Positions 61,019 through 64,000 of a stretch of 64,000 bases of DNA are shown here, one piece after another; position 1 is the first letter of the stretch; every line of letters begins with the position of its first letter. The notes below the pieces were generated by a model. The model was given only the letters and a program-made list of their open reading frames with translations. It searched no databases and had not been told where the DNA came from. The translations under genes were made by a program, and so were the position numbers. The stretch spans positions 64,001-128,000 of IMG/VR virus record IMGVR_UViG_3300005512_000001; one strand, 5' to 3'. The stretch is from a virus (Duplodnaviria; Caudoviricetes).

Positions 61019-62545
61019 TTATCTTTTATGTTCAAAGCAACACTCGCATGCCTTAACTAGCTTCTGCCGCCCGTCTACTTTTATAAATCCATGTTTAATA
61101 GTAATTACAGCGCCAACGGTCCATTCTCCATCAGAAGTAAAGTTTTCGATGCACCCACATTCTGACCCAATGTGGGCGGTGTTATCTGGCATAATTAACA
61201 CCATGTCGCCGCATCCGACTAAATATTTAGTTTTGTCATTATTATCTGGGCTCATAGCATTGCAGATATTTTTTATAATTCGTTTATGCTCTTCTACTTT
61301 TTTAATTGAAACCCCCAAAAATTTTGCGATATGAGATTTGGCTGCTTCTTTAGCACCATATCGCTTAGAGAATTCATCCCAGATTGGGCCGCGCTGTGAA
61401 TAGATTCTAAAAATTGCTTTGCTGATATAGTCTTGTAAGTTATTATAAGCAACTGTCATCCAGTCGTCTTCATCCACACTGATGTCGTGCGATATATTGT
61501 CTCTATTCGCATTAGATTCTAATGTATCTGACCAGTTACGAGATTCATCATTGCCACTACTATTTTTAGGTGTGTTCATACTGAGCATTATTACAGGGTC
61601 TTCTGTAACAATAGTAGATTCAATGATAGGCGATACACCCTTAGCAACAATTTTTACCGAGAAAAATGTGGGAGTAATCTCCACATCATAATTCTTATAT
61701 TTATATATCATGGAGATTATGAACTTGCTCCAATCTAACTCCAAGGCCATAATGCTAGCTAATATTTCAACTTCACTGTTGTTGATACTGGATTCATCTA
61801 CATAATATTTATGGCCTAGCCTTTTAAATTCATTTATTAGTTCATACACAGCAACAGTATGTGCAGGCCCAGAGATATTGACTTGATGCTTGTTGTGGGT
61901 TCGTATCGCATTCTCATTCAATATCTGTCTAAAGTAGTTCCATACCCATACTGAATACCATTTGCCACGTTGTTCTTTGTCGTCCAAAATCTTATGTGGG
62001 TCAGCCACTTTTCTATTGCCAAGTATAGGTTTTATGGGCGATTGTAATATCTTCTCTATGTCGACTCTTTTGCGGAAAAATTCACTAATTCTTTCCCCAT
62101 CTCCATCTACCAAGTAATATCCATGCGACTCTTTCTTAAGTGATGCTACTTGGTCGTTTAAGAATGTTCGTGTGCAATATGGACACACCTTATATTGCCT
62201 ATCAAAAGACTTCTTTTTATTTGTCGAGGTGGTATATTCGACCTCGCCACATAATGTACAGTGATATGTATAATTCCTATGGTGCAATAGATAAACTGTA
62301 GCACGCCACACAGCAATACGGAATTCCTGCTCGGCCACATCTCTATCTGACTTATAGTCACTGCGAATAGTATTGCCAAGTTGTTTTATAAACTCGAATT
62401 TATCTGCTGCCAACACGGGGTCAGCCATTATCATCTTGACTATCTTATCGACTTCTTTTATTTGTGTTTGTGTTAAATTACCCATTGTCTGGGTTGCAAG
62501 AGAACCTCTAATATATAGTTCAGACAATTGCATCAACCGTGACAT
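61019..62545 (-). CDS. large sigma70-like/HTH protein with zinc-finger insertion
   Basis: DVAEQEFRIAVWRA (region 2.2-like), CTLC...CPYC, WYSVWVWNYFRQIL (2.4-like), IAKFLGVS.KKV (region 4-like HTH). Confidence 0.45.
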   Translation of the reverse strand: MSRLMQLSELYIRGSLATQTMGNLTQTQIKEVDKIVKMIMADPVLAADKFEFIKQLGNTIRSDYKSDRDVAEQEFRIAVWRATVYLLHHRNYTYHCTLCGEVEYTTSTNKKKSFDRQYKVCPYCTRTFLNDQVASLKKESHGYYLVDGDGERISEFFRKRVDIEKILQSPIKPILGNRKVADPHKILDDKEQRGKWYSVWVWNYFRQILNENAIRTHNKHQVNISGPAHTVAVYELINEFKRLGHKYYVDESSINNSEVEILASIMALELDWSKFIISMIYKYKNYDVEITPTFFSVKIVAKGVSPIIESTIVTEDPVIMLSMNTPKNSSGNDESRNWSDTLESNANRDNISHDISVDEDDWMTVAYNNLQDYISKAIFRIYSQRGPIWDEFSKRYGAKEAAKSHIAKFLGVSIKKVEEHKRIIKNICNAMSPDNNDKTKYLVGCGDMVLIMPDNTAHIGSECGCIENFTSDGEWTVGAVITIKHGFIKVDGRQKLVKACECCFEHKR

Positions 62546-62590
62546 TAGCGTCTCCGTGCATCAAAAAATTTTATTAGGTATTTAAATTAT

Positions 62591-63238
62591 ATGGGAAAAT
62601 ATTGCGATCCAAAAATACTAGAATCAACATGGCTTGCTTTCATGCTTGCATATAGAACTCCTGAACTGAACGACATTAGAAACACTGGGCTATTGTTCAC
62701 GCAATATAACAATTGCCTAAAACATTGTGTGGCATCTACACAGCAATATTCATTTACTGCTGATAATGACATAATTAGTGCCCACGATTTAAACAATGCA
62801 ACTAAAGCTAGTTTTTACCCATTAGACTTAACGTTGGCGCATCGCCTCGTTGATGACAATTATACACATGAGGTTCCCATAGAAGAAAGCTGGCATGGTT
62901 TGACATCGATGGTCTATAAAATTTGTTGTGGCGTAGCATTAAATTTCAGACCACCAAATGATGATGTGAAGAACGAGTTAATCCAAGAAGCATTCGCCCA
63001 CACGCTTACAAAAATACATAGAAATAAGCTACGAATGGAACCTGGTCGTGCACCAGCGTTTAATTTATTGACAACTGCTATTTTTAGAATTATGTATTCC
63101 ATTAAAAATAAAGAGAAGCGCAATCGCGACCATAAATCGCAATTAGTAGAACAGTTAGTATGCGGGAATAAATTGCCAGATTTCAATAGTATTCGCGTAT
63201 CGAAGAGTCTTATTGGCCATGCCAAAATTAAAACATAA
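62591..63238 (+). CDS. T4 gp55-like late sigma factor
   Basis: KIC.GVA.NF...ELIQEA...AFNLLTTAIF....I.NKEKR pattern; near gp46/gp47-like genes. Confidence 0.6.
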   Translation: MGKYCDPKILESTWLAFMLAYRTPELNDIRNTGLLFTQYNNCLKHCVASTQQYSFTADNDIISAHDLNNATKASFYPLDLTLAHRLVDDNYTHEVPIEESWHGLTSMVYKICCGVALNFRPPNDDVKNELIQEAFAHTLTKIHRNKLRMEPGRAPAFNLLTTAIFRIMYSIKNKEKRNRDHKSQLVEQLVCGNKLPDFNSIRVSKSLIGHAKIKT

Positions 63239-64000
63239 CAGAACTATTCGTGTCAAGTCTATTGCAGGACACCCTGTGCGACCAGCCAAAGCATCGATCG
63301 TCTCAAACTTAAAGCATAGGCTGAAACCAACACCTGTAAAATCAATAGTAGCTAAACCACCTCAACCAGGCAAAGTAATATCGCCGAATCCTCGGAAAAT
63401 AAAAGCGACATCTAGACGCACCACTTCATTGGCTACAAAACGCACCATAAGGCAACTACCCAATACTAGGGCACGCATAGGCGGCAAAAGGCAGCCTGTG
63501 AATAGGCGGTCAGCTACTAGTAATGGCGAGGCCATAAAAATCCTCCGCAACATAGGTGTAAATAGAATCCTAATTATTGTCGGAAATGGCCCATCCCATA
63601 AAGAGGCTGCATTAGACGAGCTATTAAAATATTCATATATAGATTTTATGTCTGTAAATCGCCCAGATGATCGCATATGGCCAACGAAGCATTGGATATT
63701 TTGCGATAACTCACAACAAAGACGACACAAACCATTGTGGGCATCATATAATGGCACACTAATAAACTCGTCCGCCATTAAACAAATAAAACCAAATTCC
63801 ACATTGATAAAATCATTACATGGCAAGGGATTTAGTCAGAATTTAATTAAAGGGATGTATATTGGCAGGTCTAGTGTATATGCTGCTATACAAGTCGGCG
63901 TTTGGATGAATTATGACCATATCTATGTATTTGGATGTGATATGACCGCTGTTGGCGGCAAATTATATCCATGGGGAACAAACCCTGATGTGCCAGACCA
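63219..64000 (+). CDS. Maf/DUF115 or sialyltransferase-like glycosyltransferase, partial (runs off window)
   Basis: open frame from ATG 63219: basic N-terminus, then IIVGNGPS, SVN, SSVYAAIQ, IYVFGCDM. Confidence 0.65.
   Translation, partial: MPKLKHNRTIRVKSIAGHPVRPAKASIVSNLKHRLKPTPVKSIVAKPPQPGKVISPNPRKIKATSRRTTSLATKRTIRQLPNTRARIGGKRQPVNRRSATSNGEAIKILRNIGVNRILIIVGNGPSHKEAALDELLKYSYIDFMSVNRPDDRIWPTKHWIFCDNSQQRRHKPLWASYNGTLINSSAIKQIKPNSTLIKSLHGKGFSQNLIKGMYIGRSSVYAAIQVGVWMNYDHIYVFGCDMTAVGGKLYPWGTNPDVPD

Noticed and set aside
1-64000. Stop-codon reassignment as seen in some large phages
   Set aside because: Conserved enzymes are full length in the standard code, and TAA, TAG and TGA all end genes at tight junctions.
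1-64000. Prophage or cellular chromosome
   Set aside because: No integrase, att site or housekeeping operons; dense small ORFans plus gp46/gp47/gp55-like genes fit a large lytic phage, although no capsid or terminase gene lies in this window to prove it.

Overview
64 kb of a large lytic (jumbo-type) dsDNA phage genome in standard genetic code. Many short hypothetical genes run on + to about 34 kb and mostly on - from 34 to 47 kb, followed by a DNA-metabolism/transcription block (DinG-like helicase, SbcD/SbcC = gp47/gp46-like, a gp55-like sigma and a second sigma-like protein). Recognisable accessory genes: an NAD+ salvage trio (pncB, nadE, pncA), CCA-adding enzyme, Nudix hydrolase, macro domain, M50 protease, radical SAM protein, two HNH nucleases, and an SGNH hydrolase with Planctomycete-style dockerin-like repeats (weak pointer to a Planctomycetota/PVC host). 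The strongest unexplained signal is non-coding: 21 intergenic promoters have sigma70 geometry (TT[G/T/C/A]nnn, 17-bp spacer in 20 of 21) but with T replaced by C on the non-template strand in the -10 and extended -10 (CGCGnCACAAC instead of TGTGnTATAAT), inside T-free tracts up to 45 nt. Also notable: a 132-nt tmRNA-like RNA with no mRNA-like domain, 15 copies of a 20-bp box confined to a GC-rich island (36.4-43.1 kb), a separate CAAATATA late-promoter-like motif, and several lineage-specific paralog families. All protein calls are from motif recognition by eye; no database searches were run.
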